Below, one piece after another: positions 9,934 through 22,161 of a DNA stretch of 64,000 nucleotides (its first letter is position 1; each line of letters starts with the position of its first letter). This DNA comes from Heterodontus francisci (lineage: Eukaryota). The position numbers and the translations under genes were made by a program. The DNA lies in contig NW_027142325.1 in NCBI RefSeq assembly GCF_036365525.1, positions 372,001 through 436,000 of the forward strand, in the 5' to 3' direction. The notes under the pieces were generated by a model. That model was not told where the DNA came from, did no database searches, and saw nothing but the letters and a program-made list of their open reading frames with translations.

Positions 9934-12900
9934 TCAAATTAAAATGCCATTCTCGGCGTCGACGATGCACTCCAGTCCCTGCGGTGCCCACCGGTCGCGG
10001 AAGGCCTCAAGCGTACCGGCGGACACCGCATGCTCCTTTTCCAGGGACACCCAGGCGCGAACGTAACCGTGGAAGAGGGGCAGGCAAACGGGGAGGACGG
10101 ACCCCCCGACGGCCCGCAACCTGGACCTGTGAATTGCCACCTTGGCCAGGCCCAGGAGCAGACCGACGAGGAGATCCTCCTCCCGGCCCAAGCCCCTCCG
10201 CACCGGGTGCCCAAAGATCAGGAGCGTGGGACTGAAGTGCAGCCAGAATTTGAGGAGCAGCCCCTTCAGATACTCAAATAGGGGCTGCAACCTCGCACAC
10301 TCCATATAAATGTGGAACACGGACTCGTCCAGGCCGCAGAAAGTACAGCTGGCCTGGGAGTCCGTGAACCTACTTAAAAGCCTATTGCACGGGACTGCTC
10401 TGTGCAGCACCCTCCACCCCAGGTCCCCGATGTAAAGGGGGAAGACTCCCGCGTCGAGAGACCTCCATCGGGGTTTCCCCTCGCCGCCAGATGGCAACGC
10501 GGACCGCCAGGGCGTGTCCGGCCGGCTGACGAGGGCGAGGAAGTGGAGAGTGTGCAGGAGCAGCCCGTACAGGAAACCCCTCCGCGCCGATTGGAATGGC
10601 ACGGAGGGCATTTCCTAGAGGCGGCTCGGGTTGTGCGGGACCGGCTCCCGAGGAGGGTTTCGGGGCCTGGGTCCGATGAGCAGTTCCGGCCGAGCGGGGG
10701 TCAGCTCGGCCGGGATCGCTCCGCACTCCCGAGCCCCCTCGCCATCCGCAGTGAGGGGCGTCCCGGGGGTTTCGGCTACTCCTCCGCCCGCCGGACCGTC
10801 CCCGGAGTCGGCCGCCCGGACAGCCGAGGCGCTCTCCTCCGCCGGCGGGGGAGCGCCCTGACTGGAGGCGACCATGTTCCAGACTCGGAAAAGATCCCGG
10901 TAAAAGACAGGCAACTCCCTCAGAGAGGCGCGGCTAACGGACTCCACCGGGAGCTGCGTGTCGTCTTGAAGGCAGTGACACTGGCGGAAAAAATACGTCG
11001 CCAGCGCACACCATCTGGGAGGACGCTCGACGTACAGGTATCTCTGCAGGGTCCGAAGGCGGAGAGTCGCAGCCTGGGTGCGGACGCACACCAGCGACTG
11101 ACCGCCCTCCTCGATCGGGAGACTCAGGACCGCGGCAGAGACCCAGTGTTTCCTCTTGCCCCAGAAGAAATCGACGAGTTTCTACTGGATCTTGGTGGCA
11201 AATACAGGGGGCGGGGCCAAAGTGACCAACCGGTACCACAGCATGGAGGCCATCAGTTGGTTTATGACCAACGCTCGGCCCCTGTAGGAAAGCACTCGGA
11301 GCAGTCCTGTCCAGCGCCCCAGCCGAGCAGTGACTTTCGCCTCCAACTCCTGCCAGTTTGCCGGCCAGGCTTCCTCAGCGGGGCTAAGGTGGACTCCCAG
11401 ATAGAGGAGGTGCGTGGTGCTCCACGCAAAAGGTGTCATCTCCTCCGGCAGGGAGTCCACCCGCCACTGACCAACCAGGAGTCCGGAACATTTCTCCCAA
11501 TTGATCCTCGCGGAGGACGCGGCAGAAAAGGTCTGCTGGCAGTCGCGCATCCTCCGCAAGTCAACGGGATCTGTGATTGCGAGGAGCACGTCGTCGGCGT
11601 AAGCCGAGAGGACGACCCGCATGGCCGGCTCGCGCAGAGCCAATCCCGTCAACCTCCTGCGAAGCAGGCACAGGAAGGGCTCCACGCAGATGGTATACAA
11701 TTGGCCGGACATGGGGCACCCCTGACGCACTCCTCTCCCAAATCGAAGGGGCGCCGTCAAGGACCCGTTAACTTTGACTGGACACTCTGCGGCGGCGTAT
11801 AAAAGTCGGACCCGGGCCACGAAATGCGGCCCGAGTCCGAAAGCGCGCAGAGTCCCGAAAAGGTAATCGTGATCCACCCTGTCGAACGCCTTCTCCTGAT
11901 CGAGGGAGAGAAAGGCGACCGACTGACCAGTCCTCTGGGAAAGATGGATCAGGTCCCGGACCAGGTGGATGTTGTCCTGGATGGACCGGCCCGGGACCGT
12001 GTAGGACTGGTCGGGGTGGATCATGTGGGCCAGCTCGGAGCCCAGGCGGGTAGACATAGCCCGGGCAAAGATCTTATAATCCGTGCTGAGGAGGGAGACC
12101 GGACGCCAGTTTTTAAGCAGGCGGAGATCGCCCCTCTTTGGCAGCAGGACGATGACCGCCCTGCGCCACGAGAGGGGCATCTCCCCGGTCGCCAGGCTTT
12201 CCCCCAGGACCCGCGCGTAATCGTCCCCCAGGACGTCCCAGAACGCCCTGAGGAACTCCACGGTCAACCCATCCAGCCCTGGGGATTTGCCCCTCGAGAG
12301 CTGGTGGAGGGCGCCGGTCAGCTCCGCCAACGTGAGCGGAGCCTCCAATCCTTCGGCGGCTCCGGGCTGACCTGCGGCAGGTCCTCCCACAAAACTCTGC
12401 GCGCATCCTCGCTGGACGGATCCGGAGAGAACAACGCACTGTAATACGTCCGGACCAGGAGGCCCATTCCCTCCGGATCCGTGATGGAGGATCCGTCGTC
12501 GGCCAGCAGCTCGACGAGCTGCTTACGGACCCCCCGCCATTTTTCCAGCGAGTAGAAGAAGGGTGAGGCGCGGTCCAAATCTTCCAGGATCTGGATCCGC
12601 GACCTCACGTACGCGCCTCGGGACCCTATGAGCTGCAGGTTCCTCAGCGCGCCCTTCTTTTTGTACGCCTGCCACAGGGCCGGGTCCGCGACGGCATGAC
12701 CGAGGCGGGATTCCAAGTCGAGCACCTCCCTCTCAAGGCGCCCGATCTCGGCTTCCCGCCTCTTGGTCGACCCCCTCGCGTACTCCTGACAGAAGACGCG
12801 GATGTGAGTCTTGCCCACATCCCACCATAGCCTCAAGGAGGGGAAGCCCCCCTGCTTCCTTCTCCAGTCGGCCCAGAATCGACAGAACGAGTCCCGAAAT

Positions 12901-13667
12901 CGCACGTCCTCCAGCAGCCGGTTGTTAAAGTGCCAGTACGCGGACCCCGCCCGCGTGTGGAGTGGAGTGAACTCCGCCCACACCAGGCGGTGGTCCGAGC
13001 ACGGCACCAGCCGCATGGAGGCCGCCGAAACGCGGGAGACGTACGCCTGCGAAATGTAGAGGTGGTCGATTCGCGACCCCCCTCCTCCAGACCTCCACGT
13101 GAAGGCGCTGGAGTCAGGATGGAGATTCCGCCAGACGTCCACCAAGTTAAGGGAGCTGATCAGTCCCCTCAACTTCTCCACCGACGCTTGGCCGCGCTGG
13201 GGACCGGAGCGATCCCCCACCTCGAGGGTGCAGTTAAAATCCCCCCCGAGGATGATGCACTCGCCGCTATCGATGGAGCTCAAGAGAGCGGACACTTCTT
13301 CAAAGAAGCGCGCTTGCAACGCGCTGGGCCTGGGCGCGTACACGTTCACAAAGTGGAGCGGCACGCTACCCAGGTGAACGGCGAGGTGGAGCAAGTGGCC
13401 CGGCACTAGCTCCTTGACCCCCAAGATCTCCGGCTGAAAAGTCGGGGCCAACAAGATAGCCACCCCACTAGAAATAGGGGTGAGGTGACTCATGTAGACC
13501 CCACCCTGCCACTCCAGGAGCCAGGTGGCTTCGTCTCCCGGAACGGTGTGGGTTTCCTGCAGAAAGCTCACCGCGTATCTCCCTTCCCTAAGGACTGAGA
13601 GATTGTGAAATCTGCGGTGAGCCCCTCTGCTGCCGTTGATGTTGAGGCTGGCTATGGTTATCTTCAT
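9934..13667 (-). pseudogene. Tx1 ORF2p (APE endonuclease, RT, C-terminal zinc-binding region)
   Basis: MKITIASLNING, LQETH, GGDFN, SRID, SDH; KSPGLDG, NWRPVSLL, LDQEKAFDRV, GVRQGCPMSG, AYADD; CTFC..ESVFHIYMEC; frameshifts near 12370 and 10613, stop at ~11182. Confidence 0.93.
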
Positions 13668-13699
13668 GTCAAAGGTACTTAAAACCCGTCACCAACACC

Positions 13700-15744
13700 T
13701 CACTGTGAGGAGGGAGTGGAAGTGCACCTGGCCCTCCACTCCCCCAGCAACCCATTGAGGAACACATTAAAACGGCGCCTCTCAACCAGTTTCACGTCCG
13801 CGCGCTTGCCCGCTATCTTAAGGGCGGCACGGACGGACTGGATGATCAGCGCCAGATTCGACCAACGGTCGAGGGCCAGCTGAACTTTATTGCGGCAACC
13901 TCTGCAAGCCGCGAGGAAATCCCGGAGTTCCGCCGTGGGGATGAGAGGAGATTCGGTGGGAGGCACGAGGGACTCCACCACCTCACTGGCGATGGAATCA
14001 AGATCATCCTCCGTGCCCCGCACCGAATCCCCATCCTCCTCCGGGTCGTCACCGCCAGCGGCCGACACATCCACCACACACTGTGGGGCAGACGTCCCGG
14101 CCGCGCCAGCTGGTCCCGCCTCCGTCACGATCCCACCCCCAGGATCAATGGCGGAGGAGTCCTCTCTGGGTTCTATTGTGAAACTGGAGCCTGTAGGCAC
14201 CAGCGGTTCAGGACCCCCCTCCACCTCCATCACCCAGGCCAATGAGTGGTCCAGGGGAGACAGAAGTTCCGGACTCCGGGAAACCAGCCGGAGCCAAGAC
14301 TGGAGGCGGCGAGAGGAGGCCATCTCCCGCTCCGCCAGCACCCACAGGCCCAGCAGATGGGGCAGCATTCTCAGTTATAACTGGGTCGGGTGTCTCCTGG
14401 TTGGTGGTGGACTCCGGCTGGGAGGCCCGACCCTCTGGGGCCTCGCCCTCCCCTTCATTCAGGGCACCCGACCCAGTAGCAGTGGCGGAATGGGCGGTTT
14501 CCCCAGGCTCCCCCACCACAAGCAGGGCCCCACTTACTCCTTCAGGAGGGGCCTCAGGTACCGGGGCCATCCCCTCCCCTCCATCCTGAGGAATAGGGAG
14601 CACCTGCCCGGACTTTGCAGCCTTGGTGGTGGCGGTAGGGGGAACCTGAGGACCAGAAACAGGAGGCAGCTCCCCTCCAACAGATGGGCCCTGCACCTCA
14701 GGGCCCTGTGTTATTTCTGTGGAGGGGTGCCTTCTCCTCTTTTTCGCATTTGGGCGCGGAGACTCAGAGACCTCCATGTCATCAGAGGCCTCCGCCTCCG
14801 CACCCTTTTTTCCCTTTTTAGTCACCCTGGGCCTGAGCCCAGCCCTGGGACAGGTGGATTCCATGGGAATGGGCTTTGGGCTGAGCTCAGGCTCGGGTTG
14901 AGTCAAAGTGGCCAGGGGACGCGCCTCACGATGTTTCTTTTTTTCCCCGCGTCTTCCTTCCGCTCGGTCGGACGCTCCCCTCCCCGCCAGAGGCTGTGAA
15001 AACCACAGCCTCCGGAACCGACTGAGCGGTGTCTGTTGGATGTGTGGGGGGAGTGGGAGGAGGTGCTGTGGAACCACTCTGGGCCGCCGAGGTGGAGCTG
15101 GCGGCCGGGAGGTTGGGGCAGTTCTTACGAACATGCCCCACCCCCTTGCAGACGTGGCACCGCGCCCCGTCCGAGGTCCAAAAGACGCGGTAGGCTGTCC
15201 CCTGGAACTCCACATTAAATTGGCCCTCCGTGTCCTCCTCCCATGCCAGCTGCATAAATAACTGGCGGCGGAAGGAGTAGACATGTTGGAGGCTGTGCTC
15301 CCGAAGACCAAGCCGGACTGGGGTGATCCCCGACCTCACCTCCCCCAGATGGTGCAGGTGGGGGAGGAGGAGCTCACTGGGAATGAAGGGTGGGACGTTG
15401 GACAACATTATCCGATGCGCAGTGGCCCCCAGAGGGTCCACTGGCAGGAAGGTCCCCCCCACAGTGAGCCCTTTACTCAGGGCCAGGGACACCGCCCGCT
15501 CGGTCTTCAAAAAGAACACAGCCTTCCCATACATCTTTGAGGCCGCAACAATGGCCGAGGGGCCGACAACCACGGCCATTGCCTTAACGCAGGCCTCAAT
15601 AGACATGTTGGGGTGGGGATAGCTCTTCACCCCATGGCTGCATGTCAATAATTTAAAGGGTGACGGGGCCACGTGGGCAGCCACAGAAGCTGCAGCTGCG
15701 TAGATAGTAGAGGGCCCCGCCACCGGTGATGAAGGGCTTGCCAT
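13700..15744 (-). pseudogene. Tx1 ORF1p (N-terminal RRM-like region, CCHC zinc knuckle, long Pro/Ser/Glu-rich tail); two frameshifts
   Basis: ASKMYGKAVFFL, IMLSNVPPFI, SFRRQLFM, CHVCKGVGHVRKNC; pieces in ORFs 14926-15765, 14208-15311, 13700-14368. Confidence 0.88.
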
Positions 15745-16420
15745 GGGTCTAAGAGCTAAACCCACCCCAAATTGTGGACTTGCACACTAAATAACAGCGA
15801 CTCACAGAAAAATTTGAAAAGACAAACAAACAAACAACAGGTTAGTGGAGAGGCTGAGGTAAGAGAGGAGAGGCAAAGGCAGGCTGGAAGGGATGACTTG
15901 CTTTCTGGAGGTGGTGCTCACAGTACACTTAAAACAAACAGTCTTTGAAGTTGGTCTTCCGGTCCTCTGGTTGGGGGAGTCGTCTTCACCTGGGTCAGCT
16001 GAAGCTGCCCAGGCACTATCTATCCCCTTCCGTCTGTTTAGCTGGGCAGCTTCAGCTGACCCAGGCTTGGCAATTGGGGTGGGGAGGGAGCTTTCCTGTG
16101 TGCTTTTGCAGCAGCACAGATTCCTGCTGAATTGGCAGCCCCACCCCTTGTTGTTCCAGCCACTTGTTCCTCCCCCAACAGTCCAAAGTAAATTACTGGT
16201 GTTCAGCACCCACCTCCAGACAAAGCCTTGTTTCCAAAAAATGTCCCTTTCTTCTCTTTAATGGAGACTGTTGTTGGAGTTTTCCTCTGCTTGTTGGTAG
16301 CTGCTCTCCCTTGCTCAGTGCAGCTCCTCTCTCCACCTCTGCAACCTCCAACTGCCACCAGCACTCTCAGCTGCACCTCGTTGAGGCTCTCAACACTCAG
16401 GTTCCCAAATCAGAGAGCAG

Positions 16421-16540
16421 CCAATCCCAGTGCTGTCCCTGTCCTGGAAGTGTTTGATGGGACAGTGTAGTGGGGGCTCTACTCTGTATCTAATGCGTGC
16501 TGTACCTGTGATGGGAGTGCTTAATGGGATAGAGTAGAGG
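16421..16540 (+). repeat. Degenerate continuation of the ~71-bp tandem repeat
   Basis: ccaatcccagtgctgtccctgtcctggaagtgtttgatgggacagtgtag...actctgtatctaatgcgtgctgtacctg. Confidence 0.82.
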
Positions 16541-16544
16541 AGAT

Positions 16545-16880
16545 TTATTCTATTTTTTGATGAGGTAAGAGAGACAGTTGATGAGGTTTGTGCGATTGAT
16601 GCGGTGCACGTGGATTTCCAAAAGGCATTTGCTAAAGTGCCGCATAACAAGCTTGTCAGCAATGTCAGAACCTACGGAATAAAAGGGACAGGAGCAGCAT
16701 GGATACAAAATTGGCGGAGTGAGAGGAAACAGAGAGTAGTGATGAACGGTTGTTTTTTCAGACTGGAGGAAGACATTCTCAAGGGGTCAGTGTTGGAACC
16801 CCATCTTTTCCTGATATATATTAATGACATCGATGTGGGGGCACAATTTCAATATTTGTGGATGACACAAAACTTGCAAT
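16545..16880 (+). mobile_element. CR1 RT fragment
   Basis: VDFQKAFAKVPH...[17 protein letters not shown]. Confidence 0.8.
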
Positions 16881-17598
16881 TTCTGTGCTGCAGTAATTAG
16901 AAGATGTAGTCAGCAGGGCAGCTGCTTAACTGGAACATTCTCACAGCTGTTAAGCTGGAAAAACCCTTCTCTGGCTGTTCTGCCCCTCTCACTCTCTCAC
17001 CCCTTTTAAGGTAGAAACTTGTCAGGTTGGGGTGTCAGTCAGGTGACTAAGGCCTCTCTCCTCTGGGATGATTCATACTATGTTCCAGGATATGGGAAGC
17101 GTTGTTCTATGAAGGTATATAAATGTTGTCTATTCTGATGAAAAGATGTGACTTCATACCTATGGCTGCAGAGTCAGTCTGTCTACAATAATCTTTGTTA
17201 CCTCCATTCCTGAAGATTGGAGGGGGTGCATGGAATGGGGTGTTTTTCAATTCAAATTCCCTAACGTTAATTCAGATGTGGATAATGGGTTTCATCTTGA
17301 ACAGACAGAAATGTTTATTGACAGCGCAGGAGGGGGTCACCTGACTTCTTCAATTTTGTCTGTGGCATAAATGTGCCCATTTGTAGTTCAGATCAGCAGT
17401 TTGCTTTTATGTCATAATTCCTCCCGTTCATTTCATATTTCATCACCGTTCCCTTTGTGAGCAACACTAATGTATTCTGTGTAATTTACCATCATCTTTG
17501 CACTGGAAATGAAGAAACACTTTGATCAACTTCTGTATTTTGGAGTTAAGAGACACGAAGCAGCGAGTGAGAAGGACGAAACACCGGAGAGTTTGGTG

Positions 17599-17659
17599 AT
17601 GAGGTTTCTCTACGTTTGGCTTTCTGCAGTCCTGCTCTCGGTCTCGGTGCGGGGTTACA
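17599..17659 (+). CDS. Signal-peptide exon of the Siglec-15-like Ig gene (MRFLYVWLSAVLLSVSVRGY)
   Basis: Hydrophobic leader in apparently non-repetitive DNA, followed by phase-1 donor A|GTAGGT that joins in frame to the phase-1 acceptor at 53368. Confidence 0.65.
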
Positions 17660-17889
17660 GTAGGTGCTTTCCAACAACTGTTCAAATTCATTTTGTTAGC
17701 CAATTGCCATTTTTATCATTTCACTACAGGGTCGCGATTGGGAGAAAGTCCAGGGGAGCGACAGTCAGAGTCAGAGAAACGGGGAGGGGTGGAGTGAGTA
17801 TCAAGTTTCCAGCTGGACACAGGGATATCATAATTAACCACTGTATGGCTCAGGGAATTAGGTGTTTTTAGAAATGATAAATGATGCCA

Positions 17890-17952
17890 AGGAGAAACTG
17901 CAGAAAAGACTTCCTAGAATGGTGCAAAGGATGAGGAATCAGTTAAGTGGAG
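17890..17952 (+). mobile_element. CR1 3' fragment, left half (right half at 44850-45205), split by the outer LTR element
   Basis: EKLQKRLPRMVQRMR..SYVE-like on the left continues as RLKKL..LEQRRLR on the right; GGAG duplicated at both junctions. Confidence 0.7.
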
Positions 17953-18240
17953 TGTTACAGACAGGTGGTAAGTGGTGTGGTGGCTTCCACTTTTCACCTC
18001 TCAACTAACCGCAGTCATGTTTTGTTAAAAATGGTGCCTTAGTCCCTGAGGTTTTATTGCAGGTTAAAAATGAAGATAACGTAAAAGTTATCTCTCTGGA
18101 GAGAGAGGGGCAGAGCAGCCTGAGAAAGTCTTTTTCAGCAGAACAGCTGTGAGAATCCTTGGAATACTATACAAAACTTCACTACTCCTGTAATCAAATC
18201 CTCTTGCAATAAAGGCTAACCTACCATTAGCCTTCTTAAT

Positions 18241-20003
18241 AAAAGCAAAATACTGCGGATGCTGGAAATCTGAAATAAAAACTAGAAATGCTGGAAATAT
18301 TCAGCAGGTCTGGCAGCATCTGTGGAAAGAGAAGCAGAATTAAGGTTTCAGGTCAGTGACCCTTCATCAGAACTGGCAGATATTAGAAATGTAAACCGTT
18401 ACAAGCAAGTAAAGCGGGGGTGGGGCAAGAGACAACAAAGGAGAAGGTGTAGATAGGACAAGGTCACCAAATAGCTGACCAAAAGGTCACGGAGCAAAGA
18501 TTTGTTAATGGTGCATTGAAAGACAAAGCTTTAGTACAGAAAGGGTGTTAACGGACTGAAAATTGAACAGCCACAAGTACAAACATGAAAAAAAAAGTGG
18601 GTATGCAAACTGAGAAAACTAAGATGAAATAAAATAAAATAAACACAAAAGAATATATATTAAAAAAAATAAAAAATAAAAAAATAACTAAAAATAAAAG
18701 TAAAATGGAGGGCCCGTCATGCTCTGAAATTATTGAACTCAATGTTCAGTCCGGCAGCCTGTAGTGTGCCTATTCGGTAGATGAGATGCTGTTCCTCGAG
18801 CTTGCGTTGATGTTCACTGGAACACTGCAGCAATCCCAGGACAGAGATGCGAGCATGAAAGCAGGGGTATGTGTTGAAATGGCAAGCAACCAGAAGCTTG
18901 GGGTCCTGCTTGTAGACTGAGCGGAGGTGTTCTGCAAAGCGGTCACCCAGTCTGCGTTTGGTCTCCACAATGTAGAGGAGACCACATTGTGAGCAGCGAA
19001 TACAGTATACTACGTTGAAAGAAGTACAAGTAAATCGCTGCTTCAACTGAAAGGAGAGTTTGGGGCGTGGGATAGTGAGGAGAGAGGAGGTAAATGGGCA
19101 GGTATTACACCTCCTGCGATTGCAGGGGAAGGTGCCGTGGAAAGAGGATGAGGGGGTGAGGGTAATGGAGGAGTGGACCAGGGTGTCACGGAGGGAACGA
19201 TCCCTTCGGAATGCTGATGGGGAAGGGAGGGGAAATGCGGTTGGTAGTGGCATCACGCTGAAAGTGGCGGAAATGGGGGAGGGTGATCCTTTGGATATGG
19301 AGGCTGATGGGGTGGAAAGTGAAGACAAGGGGAACCCTGTCACGGTTCTGGGAGGGAGGGGAAGGGGTGAGGGTAGAGGTGCAGGAAATGGGCCGGACAC
19401 GGTTGAGGGCCCTGTTAACCACAGTGGGGGGGATTCCTCGGTTGAGGAAAAAGGTCATATCAGTAGCACCGTCATGGAAGGTAGCATCATCAGAGCAGAT
19501 GCGTCGGAGACGGAGAAACTGGGAGAATAGAATGGAGTCTTTACAGGAGGCAGGGTGTGAAGAAGTGTAGTCGAGGTAGCTGTGGGAGCTGTGGGAGCCC
19601 AGCCTCCACAAGAAGCCAAGTTTGCAGTCCAATAATGTTTTAGAAATAGTTTGTGTGTCACTTCAAAATAGTCTGGAGAAAATGTCATTAAATGGAGAGT
19701 TTTAAGCATGGGTTTATAATGGATATTAGTAGACAGCCTATCCCCAGTGATGGAGACAGAGAAGTCGAGGAAGGGAAGGGAAGTGTTGGAGATGGACCAT
19801 GTAAAGGTGAGAGAAGGGTGGAAATTAGAAGCAAAGTTGATAAAGTTTTCCAGTTCGGGGCGGGAGCAGGAAACGGCACCGATACAGTCATCAATGTACT
19901 GGAAAAAGATTTGGGGAAGGAGGCCTAAATAGGACTGGAAGAAGGAATATTCGACATATCCCATAAAAAGACAGGCATAACTAGGACCCATGCGGGTACC
20001 CAT
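18241..20003 (-). mobile_element. Penelope-like element, 5'-truncated (RT C-terminus + GIY-YIG endonuclease + 3' repeat region)
   Basis: MGTRMGPSYACLFMG, YIDD, LPFLD; NVVYCIRCSQCGLLYIVETKRRLGDRFAEH and GLN (GIY-YIG). Confidence 0.9.
18336..18376 (-). ncRNA. Minimal type I hammerhead ribozyme motif of the Penelope element (probably degenerate)
   Basis: Minus strand reads ccagtt-CTGATGA-agggtcactgacct-GAAAC-ctt-aattc: intact CUGAUGA and GAAA boxes, stem II, short stem I. Confidence 0.72.
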
Positions 20004-20189
20004 AATGGTGCCCTGCTGACGACATCTTCCAACAACTTCAGAAGAGAAATTTCAAGGTGATTTTGGGATTCCCCATCAGTGAAACTAAACCAGGAATTTC
20101 CCAATTGACTTTGGATAGAGGCTTAACCAAAAGGAGCCTGCAACACTTCATCCTGTTGTTTTAAAACAGTTCCTGAAATGGTTGCAACC

Positions 20190-22161
20190 TTTAAACCTTT
20201 AACCGGTAAAACCCACACATTCCCAGGAAATGCATTATTTCCCTCTGAGTTTTGGGAATGGGGAAATCTACCAGGCCTTGCACTTTTCCTGCCCTTGACA
20301 ACACCTGACCTTGGCCTAGAATGTGACCTAAATAGCTTACTTTAGCCTTAGTGAACTTGCTCCTTGCTAAATTGGCCTCCAGGTGAGCTGTCAGTAAACC
20401 CTTCAAGAGTTCCCTTAAATGGTTCAGGTAGTCTTCCCAAGTATCACTGTAAACTAATAGGTCATCCAATTAGATGACACAGTTGTTTAAACCAGCTACC
20501 GCCTGGTTCATGAGTCTTTGGAAAGTTGCTGGGGTGTTCTTTGTATAAGGCATCTTTGTACATTGGTATAAGGCATCGGGGTGAGAAATTCTGAAATTTC
20601 TCTTGCTTGGGTGGTCCTGGGGACTTGCCAATATCCTTTCAATAAGTCAATTTTACTAATGTAGGTGAAGCTTCCTACTCAGTTAATGCAGTCCTCAATA
20701 CGGGGGATTGGATAGGAATCTGTTCTTGTTACTGATTGACTTTGCTGTAGTCATTGCAAAGTCTGGTTGATCCATCTGGTTTGGTTGCCAATACAATAGG
20801 GGAGCTCCAGCTGCTTTGGCTGAGTTCAATTAAATCCAGCATTTATTTGATTTCTGTGATGACCTGAGCCAGTTTGTCAGGGGTCAGTCTGCATGGGTTC
20901 TGTTTTATTGGTGGTGTCTCTCCTCCATCTACATCGTGTATTGTTAAAGATGTGCAACCCGGTTTGTCCCTGCAAATTTCCTCGAACTCCCTTAGCAGTG
21001 TTGCTAGGTCCTGTCTCTGCTGGTCAGAGAGATAGTTGAATATGGTGCCTAGTCTGCTTAATATTTCTGTATTTTCCAATTTTATTGTGGGGGCTTCGAT
21101 TTGAGAATTTTCTGGATTTTCTTCCTCGCCTAGTTTGTCTTCACTAGTGCTGTCTTTCTCTATTGCTCTTACTGTTTGGCATACACTTACTGGCCTATCT
21201 GGTTCCTGGCTGTGGTATTATTTTAGCATATTGACGTAGCAGAGTCTTTTCTTTTTTCTCTGGTCTGGGGTATTAATTAAGTAATTCATGTCACTGACCT
21301 TGTTCCTAGACTGTATGGGCCACTGAATCTGGATTTTAGAGGTTCGCCTTGCAATGGTAACAGTACCAGAAGCTGATCCCCTGGTTTAAATTCACGGGCT
21401 GCGTTTTTTTTTTGCCTGCCTGCCTTTTCATGGTCTGAGATTCTTTCAGGTGTTATTTTCTTACAGCACCGACTTTAAAAAGTCTCTCTCGAAAAGTGGA
21501 CACGAAATGTAGTAGTGAGGTTTCCTCCCTATGATTCAGGAATTTTTCTTGAACCAGTTTCAGCGGGCCTCAAAACCCAATTCAAATGGGCTGAAGTCTG
21601 TGGATTCATTTGGTGGATCTTTGGTAACAATCGGCAAAAAGAAAATTTCTTTATCCCAGTCATGGGGGCAATCACAGCACAATGCCCTGATCATGGTTTT
21701 CAGGGATTGATAGTATCGTTCCAGAACCCCTGGAGACTGTGGGCGGTATGCTGAAGATTTCAACTGTTCGATACCAAGGTTGTGCACTTGGAATGTTGGG
21801 GAAATTAGTTCCTTGGCTGGACTGAATTTCTTTGGGCAAGCTGTATCATGTGAAAAATGGTGTCAGACCCTCAACTCGAGCTCTGGAAGTAATTTTTCTT
21901 AAGGGTATGTCTTCTGGGTGGCCATATCCATGATGCTTTGAAGGTATTGGTAACCTGTCCGAGTTTTAGTCAGTGGTCCCACACATTCAACCAGAAGTCT
22001 GCTGAAGGGTTCCTCAAAAGCAGGGGTAGGGATTATTAGAGTAGGTTTGATTGTGGGTTTGGTTTCCCAGCAAGTATGGCAGGTCTTGCAAAATTTAACC
22101 ACCTCCTTGTGGATTTGAGGCCAGTAAAAATGTTGGGTCTTTCTGATAGCCACGTGCCCAG
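20190..22161 (-). pseudogene. Gmr1-like pol remnant: integrase followed by RT
   Basis: HFYWPQ..CKTCHTC, SSAYRPQSPGVLERY, SRFSGPY (IN) precede DKPGCTSLTIHDVD, WSSPIVL, YLDDLLVYS, FLGMCGFYR (RT) in reading order. Confidence 0.85.

Larger units (their letters stand above)
9807..16420 (-). mobile_element. Tx1-clade LINE, full-length copy (Tx1 copy 2) with a few frameshifts and a stop
   Basis: ~680-bp 5' UTR, ORF1, ORF2 (APE-RT-C-terminal Cys/His), AATAAA and poly(A) (poly-T on + at 9807-9831); flanked by target-repeat sequence on both sides. Confidence 0.95.

Noticed and set aside
10402-14999. Long plus-strand ORFs (466 aa, 369 aa) antisense to Tx1
   Set aside because: Expected in very GC-rich sequence opposite a real ORF; low complexity, no domain motifs
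17400-17598. Promoter of the Ig gene (GGAA/ETS-like motif at ~17505)
   Set aside because: Short motifs alone are not sufficient evidence; no TSS data
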